Below, piece after piece: positions 40,401 through 49,699 of a stretch of 64,000 nucleotides of DNA (the first letter of the stretch is position 1; every line of letters starts with the position of its first letter). Both the position numbers and the translations under genes were made by a program. The notes under the pieces are model-generated. The model was not told the origin of the DNA and did no database searches. It saw nothing but the letters and a program-made list of their open reading frames with translations. Origin of the DNA: Camelus ferus (Eukaryota). The stretch spans positions 33,730,001 through 33,794,000 of the forward strand of contig NC_045696.1 in NCBI RefSeq assembly GCF_009834535.1, in the 5' to 3' direction.

Positions 40401-43400
40401 GGTGGCAGAGTCCAGAGAAAAGAGTGAAAAAATGCCTTCCAAACTTATGACTGAAGTTCTGCCTCCCAAGGGCTTTTCATTCTTTTAAGTGAAAGCATGC
40501 ATGCAGATTCACCCAGCTGTCACCCTTGAAGATGGCAGAGTAAATACACTCTAACTTATATGACATCCAAAGTGTGACTGTTCAAAACCCCTAAGCACAA
40601 TTAGAGAACTGGGGATTGTTCTCATCTGTGAACTGCATAGTTCTGAAAGCTTTGCTTTAAGTATCTTCCTAATGTTAACATTATGACTATCTGCGGGGAG
40701 GGAGATTTTAGACAACAACAGATTGTATTTAAGATAAGATATCCATGGAGTATGAAGGGAATCTATGATTTCATATTATTTCCCTCAATTTTTTCTGAAC
40801 ATATTTCAAATTTTTTTCTCCTTCTTGCCTACCGTCACTGTTGGAATACAAGTGCATTCCTTCCTGCACATGTTCTGCAGTGTCATCATGCCTTTGGAGC
40901 ACATGCAGAGATACTGAGTCAAGGGTTCTCCAGAGGAGATGGTAGGGACTGATGTATTAAGGCCATGCCATGAGGAGATGGTGGCCACATGGACCTGGGA
41001 ACTTAGCATCCCTCAGCAAATTCTGCCTCTATAAGGCACATTGTAAGATTTATGCACAGCCATGCAATTTCTAAGAATTAACGTCAAGGAATATAAAATT
41101 TACTCTTCAGATATATTTACATATTACTTTGATTCACTTAGTCTATTGTATGCCTAAATAACACATTGCAATGCAGCCTGATGTATATGCAGTTCACTGT
41201 TTTTTTAAGACACTAAACTATTACCCACCAACAACGTATAGAATATGTTCAATTAAAAAGTGCAACTTAAAACTTCCAGTGTAGGGGGGAGGGTAGAGCT
41301 CAGTGGCACAGCATGTGCTTAGCATGCACGAGGTCCTGGGTTCAATCCCTAGTACCTACATTAAAAAAAAATTTTTTTTCCAGTATACATTTTGCTTCTA
41401 GGGAAAAAGCTGAGAGTACATATGCCCAGAGTTTGAAGTTCCACAACTTTTCAAAAAGAATTTTCTGCTATATAATCATTAAGAGGGAAAATGTACCTAT
41501 GTTTAAAATCCATCATAATAAGCCATTATTACATAGTAAGTTACAAGGACTTCAGAGCAATATAGATTTGAGAAAAAAAATCAGTTCAAAGATACACTAC
41601 AATAATTAAAAATAGAGAAGTAATATAAAACTTTAATGCTCTTTTCTAACTTTTTATACATGGCCATTAAACTTTCTCTATAACTCTCACTTTTTCTGCT
41701 TCTTGTCCTCAACAAGTCAACTTTCCAAATGCAGTAGGACTTGTAGCCCTTATTTTTGTCTCCCAGGCAAGATGCTATTAGGGGTCACTTCCCATGTACG
41801 GAGAAAACAATCTTCATGGATAATAATGATAAAACCTTATGGAATGCAAAAACAACCAAAATATGTATTCTCAGATGACTACATTTGGGCCAAGTCAATA
41901 TTAGTCCCACTTCACCCACGCACCGCATAGTCTAAAAACACTGTCAGCCTGATAAGAATTTCCTGATTTACTCTTTTTTCCAATAGAAAATATAGGTCAT
42001 CAAAATAAACTCCCGACAGTAAAAGAACAGTGGTTTCCCTACTGTCTTTTTATTTTGCTAGCCAGTTATAGTCAAATAGTTTCTTTACTTGACAAAAAAA
42101 AAAAAAAAAAAAAAAGTAATCGTGAACAAGCCAGTGTAGTAAAAGAAACATGAAGATTTCAAGCACAGTTCTCCAGTAAGTTTTTAAGGTCAACTCTGCC
42201 TAACACCCACTTTATAAATATCTGCAGAAGCCCAAAGTATAGCAGATGTTGGTTACTATATACTAATTTGTGCCACTCGTCAAGGTGGACAATTCAGATG
42301 AAAAAGTCAGCTCATTTTTGTTTCTTGATAGTCTTAGCAAAAGAATGCAATTTGGGAACTGAGGTGGCGGGCTATTACAAAAGTTAGATAAAGTGTGAGT
42401 TATTTTTTATTAAAAATGAAATTTTATGATTAGTTATTTATAATTTTTCAGATGCTGTATTTTATTTTCTAGCTCCAAAAAAAAGCATTCTCATTCTAAC
42501 CCCCACCAGAGAGTCATATTTTAATGGAATTATTTTCACAACTCTAGAAAATAAAACCTTATTCACGACTCCTGCTAATTTAAGTTATTTTTAAGGGGAA
42601 AATACTTTTTTGAATGTTTAGTAAAGTTTGAGTCTGTTGCTCGTCCACATTCCAATTGATAATTGAAGGCCTCTCTAGTCTCTGAGATGGAAGAGGGGGG
42701 AGAAGAAAAGGGTGGTTCTTCTGGGACAGAGTGTTCATAAAACACATAAAATGGACATCTAGCATCTCTTTGCCTCACTTGCCTGACTTGTCCCTAAATG
42801 GTTTTTTTCCATTACTTATATCTTTTATATTTAAAGCCAAAGAAAAACAAATAGTATAAAGAAAATGTTTCAACCTGTCACCCTTGATCACAAATTGCAA
42901 AATGCTTTCCCATTCCCCTCCCTAAAAGTAATCTTGCTTTTTGCAAAAGCAAGAAAGTAGGGGTCCTTCCTCTTTTGCCCTAGTTAGTCCTGGTTAAGCT
43001 CACACTGTTTAGTAGATAAATCTAGAGTATGTACCCTTTCAGAATCAGCTGAATTTCAGTCCATAAGTTTTAAACAGAAATTATCATTTCTTTCCAAAGT
43101 GTAGCACAATAGAGACAGAGGTAGAGGAAATAAAGAAATTAAACAGTCAGATTAATTAAAAAGCCAAACCCTGAAGACCACGATAAAACCTATGATTTTA
43201 AAGAAACAAGCAAAAAACTCAATTCTATGAATGTTAGTTTCAGAACCATATCTAGATCCCTGATTGGTGTCTCCACCTCAGAGTGTATAAATCATATTTT
43301 TGTAAGTCTCACCAAATCAACCCACCTTAATTCAAGAATCTGAGGACCCTACTTTGGTACAGCCTCTGGCCACGTGCTCCCATATGTGTTTTATGTAGCA

Positions 43401-44415
43401 CTAACTAAGCCTTGACACACACTCTGTTGGCGTTTAGAGAGGAATGTCCAGAGGTGCCTGGTGCTAACTTTCCCAGAACCCTCTCCTCCCTTCTAAAGGA
43501 ACTCTATCGTCTCCCTAGTTCCTGAACCCTTTTTATCAGACAGCATTCAGTTACTCTTGGCGTGGTGAAGACCCAGCATCCAGTGATCCAAGGCTACCTC
43601 TTGTATGGGAGAGGAAAGGGTTCCATCCAACAGACAGAACTATATATAATACCTCTGTGCTTTGATGGAAATTAAAAATGAACGAGGAATTCTGGGATCA
43701 ATCTCTGTTGTCTATGTCACAGTACGGGAAGAAGACAGATATTACAGAGAACTTCTAGAAAAATTTGATAGATATTACACTAAACCCATGTTCCACCAGA
43801 AAATTCCCAGAAAAGTCATTTTTTGAGCTCACCGTCCAGGTAGCCTCCCCTATGTCAGTGACACATTTCATCCTCTTAATTAAGAAAACCCCGAAAGACT
43901 CTACCTTTTCGACGGAAAGTACTTGGTTTAAAGGAAGTTTACTCACATACTCCTAAAACAGATTCCCTTGGTGAGCTTCAGAGAACTGAGCCTTAAGAGC
44001 TGGGGTGGCTGTGAGACATAGCCTCTGAGCTCCGATGACAACAGCTCACTGAAGCCCCCAGCCAGGCAATGCCTCTCTTCGAATCCCCACCCGTCCACCT
44101 GGCTGCTGGTCCCTTCCCGAAGCCTCGTCTGTCTCTTCTCTTCTGACGGCTTTCGGCTCAAGGGCGCTCCCGCATGTCTCAGAGCATCCCCGCGCCACCC
44201 GTCCCAGAGGGACGTCGCGGGAGCCCCAGACCGATACTCTCGGTGCCCCTCGCCCCCGCCCCCGGCAGGCTGCCCGGTCGGTGACTCACCTGCTGGCCAG
44301 GTTGGGGCGCCGGGTGGTAATAGGCTGTGGGGCAGGTTGCAGCTGCCACAGGGTTGGGCAGATACTGGGGCGCTCCATACGGCTGGGGGTGATACATCAC
44401 CTCCGCACAACTCAT
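6750..44415 (-). CDS. VGLL3: Vestigial-like family member 3 (TEAD transcriptional cofactor); spliced CDS join(complement 44290..44415, 32315..32603, 23227..23763, 6750..6793), 331 aa
   Basis: Four exons total 996 nt in one continuous frame from MSCAEVMYHPQPYGA to ...GLQHQDKSKESPWY*. All introns are GT-AG. The Vg motif [10 protein letters not shown] and the His-rich tract are typical of VGLL3. Confidence 0.98.
6914..6930 (-). promoter_or_regulatory. Perfect DR5 direct repeat (AGGTCA-n5-AGGTCA), candidate retinoic-acid response element
   Basis: Plus strand TGACCT-cagga-TGACCT. Confidence 0.4.
7046..7130 (-). mobile_element. Very short, 5'-truncated L1 3' end
   Basis: ttttaattgaggtatagtca...tggtatacagcataatgttccagtcatac matches the other L1 3' ends in the window (57.8, 59.5, 63.4 kb). 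Possible degenerate TSD aca(a/c)attctt. Confidence 0.7.
9108..9177. repeat. Imperfect 35-bp tandem duplication
   Basis: ttaacccatgatccttgtgtggtctacatatatct / ttaacccatgattcttagatggtctacagatattt. Confidence 0.85.
9440..9660 (+). mobile_element. MIR SINE remnant
   Basis: tatgccagacattgtgctaagtacttta...aaattgagact...gtggtagaaccaggattt...ggtcttaaccac. Confidence 0.7.
11900..12620 (-). mobile_element. Old L1 (L1M/L1ME-like) fragment
   Basis: Degenerate T-rich L1 antisense-like motifs (aatttgcatgcctttcagtattaatgaaactgaa..., tgctttttgtatattagg). Confidence 0.45.
13381..13420. repeat. Perfect 20-bp tandem duplication
   Basis: (tttttgatcatagtagcatg)x2. Confidence 0.95.
14945..15010. repeat. Compound (TA)n(CA)n microsatellite
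   Basis: Read directly from the sequence. Confidence 0.95.
20561..20700. mobile_element. MER96-like palindromic hAT (Tip100) MITE
   Basis: Imperfect inverted arms agggcc...gcaaaatttaaggagg / ctctttaaattttgtgc...ctcaccccagtttgggccct. Confidence 0.7.
20892..21432 (+). mobile_element. 5'-truncated L1 (L1MB-like 3' end)
   Basis: aaaggaatgaagttctgatacatgctaca...gctaagtgaaagaaggcagacacaa..., with degenerate TSD aagtgagg(t/g)tct near 20879-20890 and 21435-21446. Confidence 0.85.
21480..21680 (+). mobile_element. MIR SINE remnant
   Basis: aactcatttaatcctcaaaaccac...aatttgcccaaagtc...cagctagtaag...ccaggcagtct. Confidence 0.75.
21800..21935. mobile_element. MER58-like hAT-Charlie DNA transposon fragment
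   Basis: Starts agaggtcagcaaactgtagcccgtagaccaaatcaggcccactg. Confidence 0.6.
22247..22330 (+). mobile_element. Mini retro-insertion (A-rich, about 56 bp) flanked by a 14-bp target-site duplication
   Basis: aaaagagtgagttt at 22247-22260 and 22317-22330 flank tctcatcacaagaataaaga plus an A-rich tail. Confidence 0.65.
23227..23763 (-). CDS. VGLL3: VGLL3 coding exon 3 (Pro/Ser-rich and His-rich regions)
   Basis: Acceptor ttttctgtcttctcag|AC and donor ACAG|gtgagc. Encodes (D)SSALSSQRSSFPTSFWTSSYQP...HHHPHAHMHHRH10PSAGSALDPSYGPLLMPSV...VGFDT(G). Confidence 0.97.
23420..23449 (-). repeat. Coding (CAC)10 poly-His repeat
   Basis: Pure GTG repeat on the plus strand inside exon 3. Confidence 0.95.
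24310..24530 (+). mobile_element. MIR SINE remnant
   Basis: ttatccccattttagagatgtggaaattgaggcag...ctgggctttgaagaccagg. Confidence 0.75.
24745..25270 (-). mobile_element. L2 LINE remnant
   Basis: cactcagtcgttatatttatggatgacctactatgt...; later gcagggttt...agtcagatctgtgttgagaaagat. Confidence 0.55.
28411..28453. repeat. (CA)n microsatellite
   Basis: Read directly from the sequence. Confidence 0.95.
29960..30370 (+). mobile_element. L2 LINE 3' remnant
   Basis: cctcagggcctttgcactggct...tgctcaaatgt...ccactagaaagctcc...tgttcactgatatagtccc...aataaacacttg. Confidence 0.7.
31370..31541. mobile_element. MER5A hAT-Charlie DNA transposon
   Basis: caatggttatcatacttgagcttgcatctgaatctctgggagggctggtgaaaacacag...ccacattttgagaacta. 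Confidence 0.8.
32315..32603 (-). CDS. VGLL3: VGLL3 coding exon 2 (poly-Glu tract and Vg/TONDU TEAD-binding domain)
   Basis: Acceptor ...ttccatcccag|AAG and donor CGAG|gtaaga. Encodes KKLAVYSKMQDSLEVTLPSKQE7DE7[38 protein letters not shown]...LTPLWR. Confidence 0.97.
32496..32540 (-). repeat. Coding (GAG)7-GAT-(GAG)7 acidic repeat
   Basis: CTC repeats on the plus strand inside exon 2. Confidence 0.95.
33370..33550 (+). mobile_element. MIR SINE remnant
   Basis: catttaatctttacaa...agatgaagaaactaaagcacagagaagtgaaagaacttgccaaaggtcacag. Confidence 0.8.
40180..40330. mobile_element. MIR SINE remnant
   Basis: ggtatggtgaaaagg...gtcaccaattagct...catttcctcatttgtaaaaggagggg. Confidence 0.6.
41284..41377 (+). 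mobile_element. tRNA(Ala)-derived SINE, vic-1-like (camelid)
   Basis: GGGGAGGGTAGAGCTCAGTGGCACAGCATGTGCTTAGCATGCACGAGGTCCTGGGTTCAATCCCTAGTACC with pol III A/B boxes and an A tail. TSD ttccagt(g/a)ta at 41274-41283 and 41378-41387. Confidence 0.85.
44290..44415 (-). CDS. VGLL3: VGLL3 coding exon 1 (MSCAEVMYHPQPYGAPQYLPNPVAAATCPTAYYHPAPQPGQQ, 42 aa)
   Basis: ATG at 44415 in context GCTGCCATGA; donor CAG|GTGAGT at 44290/44289, phase 0. Confidence 0.97.
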
Positions 44416-44630
44416 GGCAGCCGGGGCAGCGGCGGCCCCGAAGCTGCCGCCACCGCTCTGTGCGCTCGCGCGATGGGCGCCGCCGCCGCCGCCGCCGCAG
44501 CTGCCGCCTCTGTCGCAGCTCCAGCTGCTACTGCGGCGAAGGCGGGTCCTCGGCGGCCGCGGGCTCCGCGCGAGGCGCGGGCTCGGGAGGGGTTGGCAAT
44601 CAGCGGGGGCCCATGCGCGGGCACCCTCAT
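44412..44630 (-). other. Upstream ORF (72 aa) in the putative VGLL3 5'UTR; its stop TGA overlaps the main ATG
   Basis: ATG at 44630 (AAGATGA), open to TGA 44414-44412, which forms ATGA with the VGLL3 start. Confidence 0.5.
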
Positions 44631-45767
44631 CTTCAGCCCCTCCGGGTGTCCCCTGGCCTGCGCTTACATAGCGACTCGTGAACGCAGTGGCCCGCCGCGC
44701 GGCAGGGTCATGACAGAGCGGCGCTCCGGCGAGGGCAGCGGCGCCCACGGCAGCGCCAGCCGCAGCCGCAGCCGCAGCCCCGGCCCGGGTCGGGCAGACC
44801 TGGGGAGCCGGGCTCGGTTTGCATATACACAATGCACGCCAGGGGCTCGTCCTATCACCGGCTCTCCGGGCTGGGAGAGGACCGGGAATGCGGGGGCAGA
44901 GAGAGGGGGCCGGCAGGGGAGGGGTGGGGGAGCACCTCGCCTCCCCGGGCTCTGACGCGGAGGTCGGCGAAGTTCCTCCAACTCGGTCCGCGGCGGGCGG
45001 GTCGCCCAGCAGGGGGACCCGGAGGAGGGCCGGCCGCGGATTGGAGCGAAGTTGGAAGCCCTCTCCGCCTCCCGGCCGTGGGGTGGTGGTGGGAGGGAAT
45101 GGTATGCGAGAGGCTCCACGCCCTTAAAGCTCCTCGGATTCCCACCCTCTCTCCTGTCACCTGGCCGTCAGGGCGAGGGCTTCCCAGACCCAAGCTTTTA
45201 TGGGGAACACCAACGTAGAGGCCAAGGCTAAACGAAGGTCAAGTGACTAACAGATAAAATAGAGCAGGCACAAAATAAACTGGGATTAGCTCCTGCATTA
45301 AGCATCACCGTATAAGTGAAAGTTAACTTCCTTGCAAGTGCGCACACGCCAAGAATGCAACACGGCTTTCTCCAAGCAAGCTCCGCTTTAAATTTCCACC
45401 TTCATGGTATGACATCCTTGCGGGATGTCAACCTCTTCTGGCTTTTTCAGCCTGGTTTCCAAAGAGCGATGGACATTAACAAGGATTAAACCCATCCAGC
45501 TATTATTTAAAGGTTTATTTATTTGCAAGTGGCTTACAACTGTCACTAAAATAAAATGAAAAATGAAAAAGAAAATCTGTTCCTAGGAATATAATTGTAT
45601 TTCGATATAACCAGGTAAAATAGACAAAATTATACTTACTTTGTAAATAAGCAAACTTTCCGAACTTTAACAGTATATCTCTCCCCCTGTGTATGACACG
45701 GAACACTTTCTTTTGTTTTCACGGAGACTATTCTTTGATGAGAAGTTAATCTGGATGTCAAATGACG

Positions 45768-46142
45768 TTGTTATGGGCTGAATTGTGCTCCCCCCAATTC
45801 ATGTGTCAAAGCCTAACCCCCGTTGTCACTATCTGGAGACAAAGCCTGTCAGGAGGTAATTAAGGTTAAATGAGGTCATAAAGATGGGCCCTAGGACTGG
45901 TGTCCTTATGAGCAGAGGAAGGGATATCAAAGATCTCTCTGCTTTGGTATAGAGGACAGGCCTTGTGACACTCAGTGAGAGGCCTTAGTCTACAAGCCAG
46001 GAAGAGAGGCCTCACCAGAAACTAACCCTGAGGGTCCTCTGATCTTGGAATTTCAGCATCCAGAACTGCGACAAAGTAATTTCTGCATTTAAGCCACCCA
46101 GTCTATGGTATTTTGTTATGGGAGTCCAAGTAGACTGATACA
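45768..46142 (+). mobile_element. MaLR solo LTR (MLT1A/B-like)
   Basis: Starts tgttatgggctgaattgtgctcccccc; ends aagccacccagtctatggtattttgttatg...gactgataca. Confidence 0.9.
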
Positions 46143-46599
46143 GACGGTATATTACTCATGTATTGTTTATATTGTTAATCTTTATATAAATGTGTATGTG
46201 GATATGCATAATAACTACACAGACACACACATAAATGCGTAGATACGCACACCCTCACTCCTACACTCAAATATACAAACTGTAATAATTGTATAGGAAC
46301 TCTTTGTTACTCATAGCAGTTCCTATTAACTCACTCATTCTTTCATCCATGGAATATTAAAAATATATTTATTCAGGGGCTATCACAGTTTAGACTTTGG
46401 CCTCTTTGTAATGGAGGAGTATTCCTATCAGTTAAGAAATATACACACTTATTTAAAATGTTTATTATTTCCTTTTCTCAAATTGACAACCACTGGTCAT
46501 TACCCATCTTCTGTGTTCCAGATTCATCTACTCAGCTTCTGTCCGGATGGCTTCACGCAGAAATTCCATAGGAACCTCGGTCATACTAGCCCTAATCCT

Positions 46600-47290
46600 T
46601 TCCCTGTAGCCCCAACCTGATCCTCTTCTTTTAATCTCCACGTCAGGTATTGAAACTCCTACCCTAGTTGCTGCACTGGAAATCTGGGCATCACCCAGCA
46701 CGCCGTTCTTCTCACAATCGCCATATCTGGTCTTGGAGTCCATACGATTCGAACTTTTATCTCCACTGACTCTCTACTGTCATCTCTTTATCTCTGTTGC
46801 TATGACCCTCAGTTCACTCAGCGTCTCTCACCTGGATTCCTGCAGGAGGCTCCTACCTGCTTTGTAGGTGCCAAGTTGAACCCTCTTCTGATCCATTTTT
46901 CATAATTTATCCTCCTGTTCTTTTCCATCCCGGCCACGGCAAACCCGTCAAAGTGATGACCTTTGTCCCTCTTTTAAAAAATTTGATGGTAGCTCCCTAC
47001 AGTCCACAGTCCCAAATCTTTCACATTCAAATTTTGGCCCCTACTTGTGCACCGTCTCCTGCAACTGTCTATTCAGCCACCTGAACTGAGACCTCCCTTT
47101 CCAGGAAGGAGCATGGTCACTTAACACCTCTAACATTATCTTCAGATAATTTAATATATCTGTGGGTGATTAATTTTTTTGTACAATTACATGCTCAGTA
47201 TGTCACCTCCACTACACTGCAGTGGAGAACATTTGTATTGTGTACATCTAATATTTAGAAGTTGTTCAGTCTATATTTATTGACTTAGAG
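46600..47290 (+). mobile_element. L2 LINE remnant
   Basis: ctggaaatctgggcatc...tctctcacctggattcctgc...tgtcacctccactacactg. Confidence 0.55.
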
Positions 47291-48043
47291 AATAAAGGCA
47301 GAACTAGATCCAACATGTCCATACCCCTAATTTCTGCATCTTCCTTGTGCCCCACACAGCTTCTATCTAGTATGTTGCAAATGCTTACTGTATGACAAAG
47401 ATGTAGTTCTTGGATACTAATGTCATGGACTCAAAAGTCTGGAAGTGTTTGGCAAAATCTTCCTATAATACAATATCTTGGTTTTGCTAACTGCCTTCAT
47501 TTCCATATGGCTCTAATGGATGAAAATGAGAAAGTAAAGATCAATTCTGCCCAGAATGAGAATCTAGAAGGACAGAGAAGAGGGAGGACATAACTGTCAA
47601 AGGCTAGAGTCTTTGTTTGCTCATTAATAAAAAGTAGGCTAATTCCTATTAAGCAAAGCTGGAGTTCTGATAGGAGAGCTGATGTGCCTGACTTCCCCCA
47701 GGTAGATGTTTTGGGTTTTAGAATAGAAAAGAATCAAAAAGGTCACGTGGTCTAAAACATCTTCTTTCAAAGATGCACAAGGAAGTGATCTAATTAAAGT
47801 CTCTTAGGGAACTGGAGGCAGAACTAAAACCAAAGCCTCAGGTCTCTTGACTCTTAGTTCTGTTCCTTATCATCCCACGATAAGGATACAGAAACAATCA
47901 CATACATATATTAGACGCATGCGTATGTTATATGAGGGTGTGCCTACATGCACCCATTTATACATATTCATCTATGCATATAAGAAGAGGCCTCTGATTA
48001 GATCACCCTTTGGTGACCTGGAGTTGTGGATAAGGAGTGGAGG

Positions 48044-48399
48044 GGAATGTAGGCCAATTGCATTTGACAATAGTGACTCACCCAACCCAGAGAATTCAGT
48101 CTGACCACTGGTGTACTCATTTTCATGTCTATTATGCAGGGATGTCACAATTACTTGCGATAACGTAGTAATGGAGTAGAAGTTGATTCTTTGCACTTCT
48201 GAGCGAAAGTTCCTCAAAGATGACTCATGTACCTTTTCATCCTGCCCCTCTCACGCTTCTCTGTCTGTCCTCTGGCTCAGTGGTGTGGAACTCATGCCTA
48301 CCCAGCCAGTGTTTATCCTCCTACTCTTTTCTATCCCAGCCACTGTGATTCTAATAGAATCCCTACATGACCTTGAATATTCCCAACTCTTCTGAGTCA
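48044..48399. promoter_or_regulatory. Candidate upstream enhancer: three consensus AP-1 sites and a TEAD motif
   Basis: GGAATG 48044-48049, TGACTCA 48074-48080, TGACTCA 48221-48227, TGAGTCA 48393-48399. Confidence 0.4.
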
Positions 48400-48859
48400 G
48401 GAGTTTACAGTCACTACATTTTTGACCCTGCCCACCAAATTTCCCAGAATATTTCCAAATTTTCCAGCTGGAATTTAGGGAGGTGAACTCACCAAAGCAG
48501 TTTTATTTGTCAGGGTAACTTGAAGTGGATCTTCCCAATATCTCTTGGGATAAAATAGAGCAAAGAGGGGGGAAGCTTTCTGTTTTTGAGAGATGACAAC
48601 CAGGCTTGTCTTTAACTTGGGGTTATAGTGTCAGAGCACATAGGGGACCTGCAGTTCACAGGTTGGACATCTCAATCTGTGCATCCAAACCATCTTCCCA
48701 GGATACCACACAGCTGATCTTGGCCATCCTTCTGGCCTCAGCTGAACCCACTGATAATGCAGCACAGTCTAGGAATCATGGCTCTGAAGAAGTGGACTTG
48801 GGTCATCTGTGCAGGAAATTCCCAGGTCTTGAGTACAAAAACATGGTTGTTCTAGACAG

Positions 48860-49310
48860 AACAGTGCCTATGAATATGTTTAACTTATATGACACAAGGG
48901 AGTTAAAATTGCATTTGGAATTAAGGTTACTAGTGAGTAGATTTTAAGGTAGAAAAATTATCCTGGATTATCTAGGTAAGCCCAATGCGAGTAATCACAA
49001 GGGTCCTTTTAAGAGGGGAGGCAGGAGGCAGAAGAGTCAGTGTCATATTGATGTGATGTTAGAAAGATTCTGTAAGCCATCACTGACTCTGAAGATGGAA
49101 AGGAGCCAGGAGCCAAGACATGCAGGCAGCCTCTAGAAGCCAGAAAGGCCAGAAAGTGGGCTCCCCTGGAGACTCCAGAAGGAGTACAGCCCTGCCAACA
49201 ATGCCATTTTGGACTTCACACCCCTAGAACTATAAGAAAATAAATTTGCACCAGTTTATGTCAGTGAGTTTGTGGTCATTTGTTACAGCAGCACTGGGAA
49301 GCTAATCAAT
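48860..49310 (+). mobile_element. MaLR LTR (MLT1C/D-like)
   Basis: gaatatgttt...ggaattaaggtt...ttatcctggattatctagg...gtaatcacaagggtcctt...gcagcctctagaagc...tttgttacagcagc. Confidence 0.85.
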
Positions 49311-49699
49311 AGCAGAATGGGGAGGGGAGCTGGAACGGAGGACTTGGGGATGTCCCCTTGGCCCAACAGATTCCTACAAGGAGAGACACAAGAGGAGGAA
49401 GACCAGTGAGAGGTTCTCTAAAGCTCAGAGGCCAAGGAGGGGCTCTGGCTGCCTGGATCTAAGGGTGGTGCTAATAACACGAATGGAATAGATGTGAAAG
49501 CAGAAGGTCAAAAGGCACGTGTAAAGCAATACAACCACTTTACTCAGTTGTCCTTAGGATCACCTGTCTTCAGTGGGCCCTTCCGCAATGCCTGGCAACT
49601 TTACTCTGTCCCTCTGGTTCGCTCACCCTCGTCCTCTTGTAAGCTCTGTCTCCTGTCTTCTCCACCATCACAAACTCCACAGACTCACTTCCTCCTCTT

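Larger units (their letters stand above)
44080..45200. promoter_or_regulatory. CpG island covering the VGLL3 promoter, 5'UTR and exon 1
   Basis: Very high GC and CpG density against an AT-rich background. Contains GC-box-like tracts, CCAAT (ATTGG 45040-45044), a TATA-like GTATATGCAAA on the minus strand near 44828-44818, and GGAATG (TEAD/MCAT) at 44885 and 45096. Confidence 0.9.

Noticed and set aside
41284..41360. Possible functional tRNA-Ala gene
   Set aside because: Has an A tail and target-site duplication and imperfect stems, so it is a SINE copy.
44281..45218. Several long plus-strand ORFs (224, 128, 114, 102 aa) and minus-strand ORFs over the promoter
   Set aside because: Low-complexity Arg/Gly/Ala/Pro translations expected from a stop-poor CpG island; no recognisable domain.
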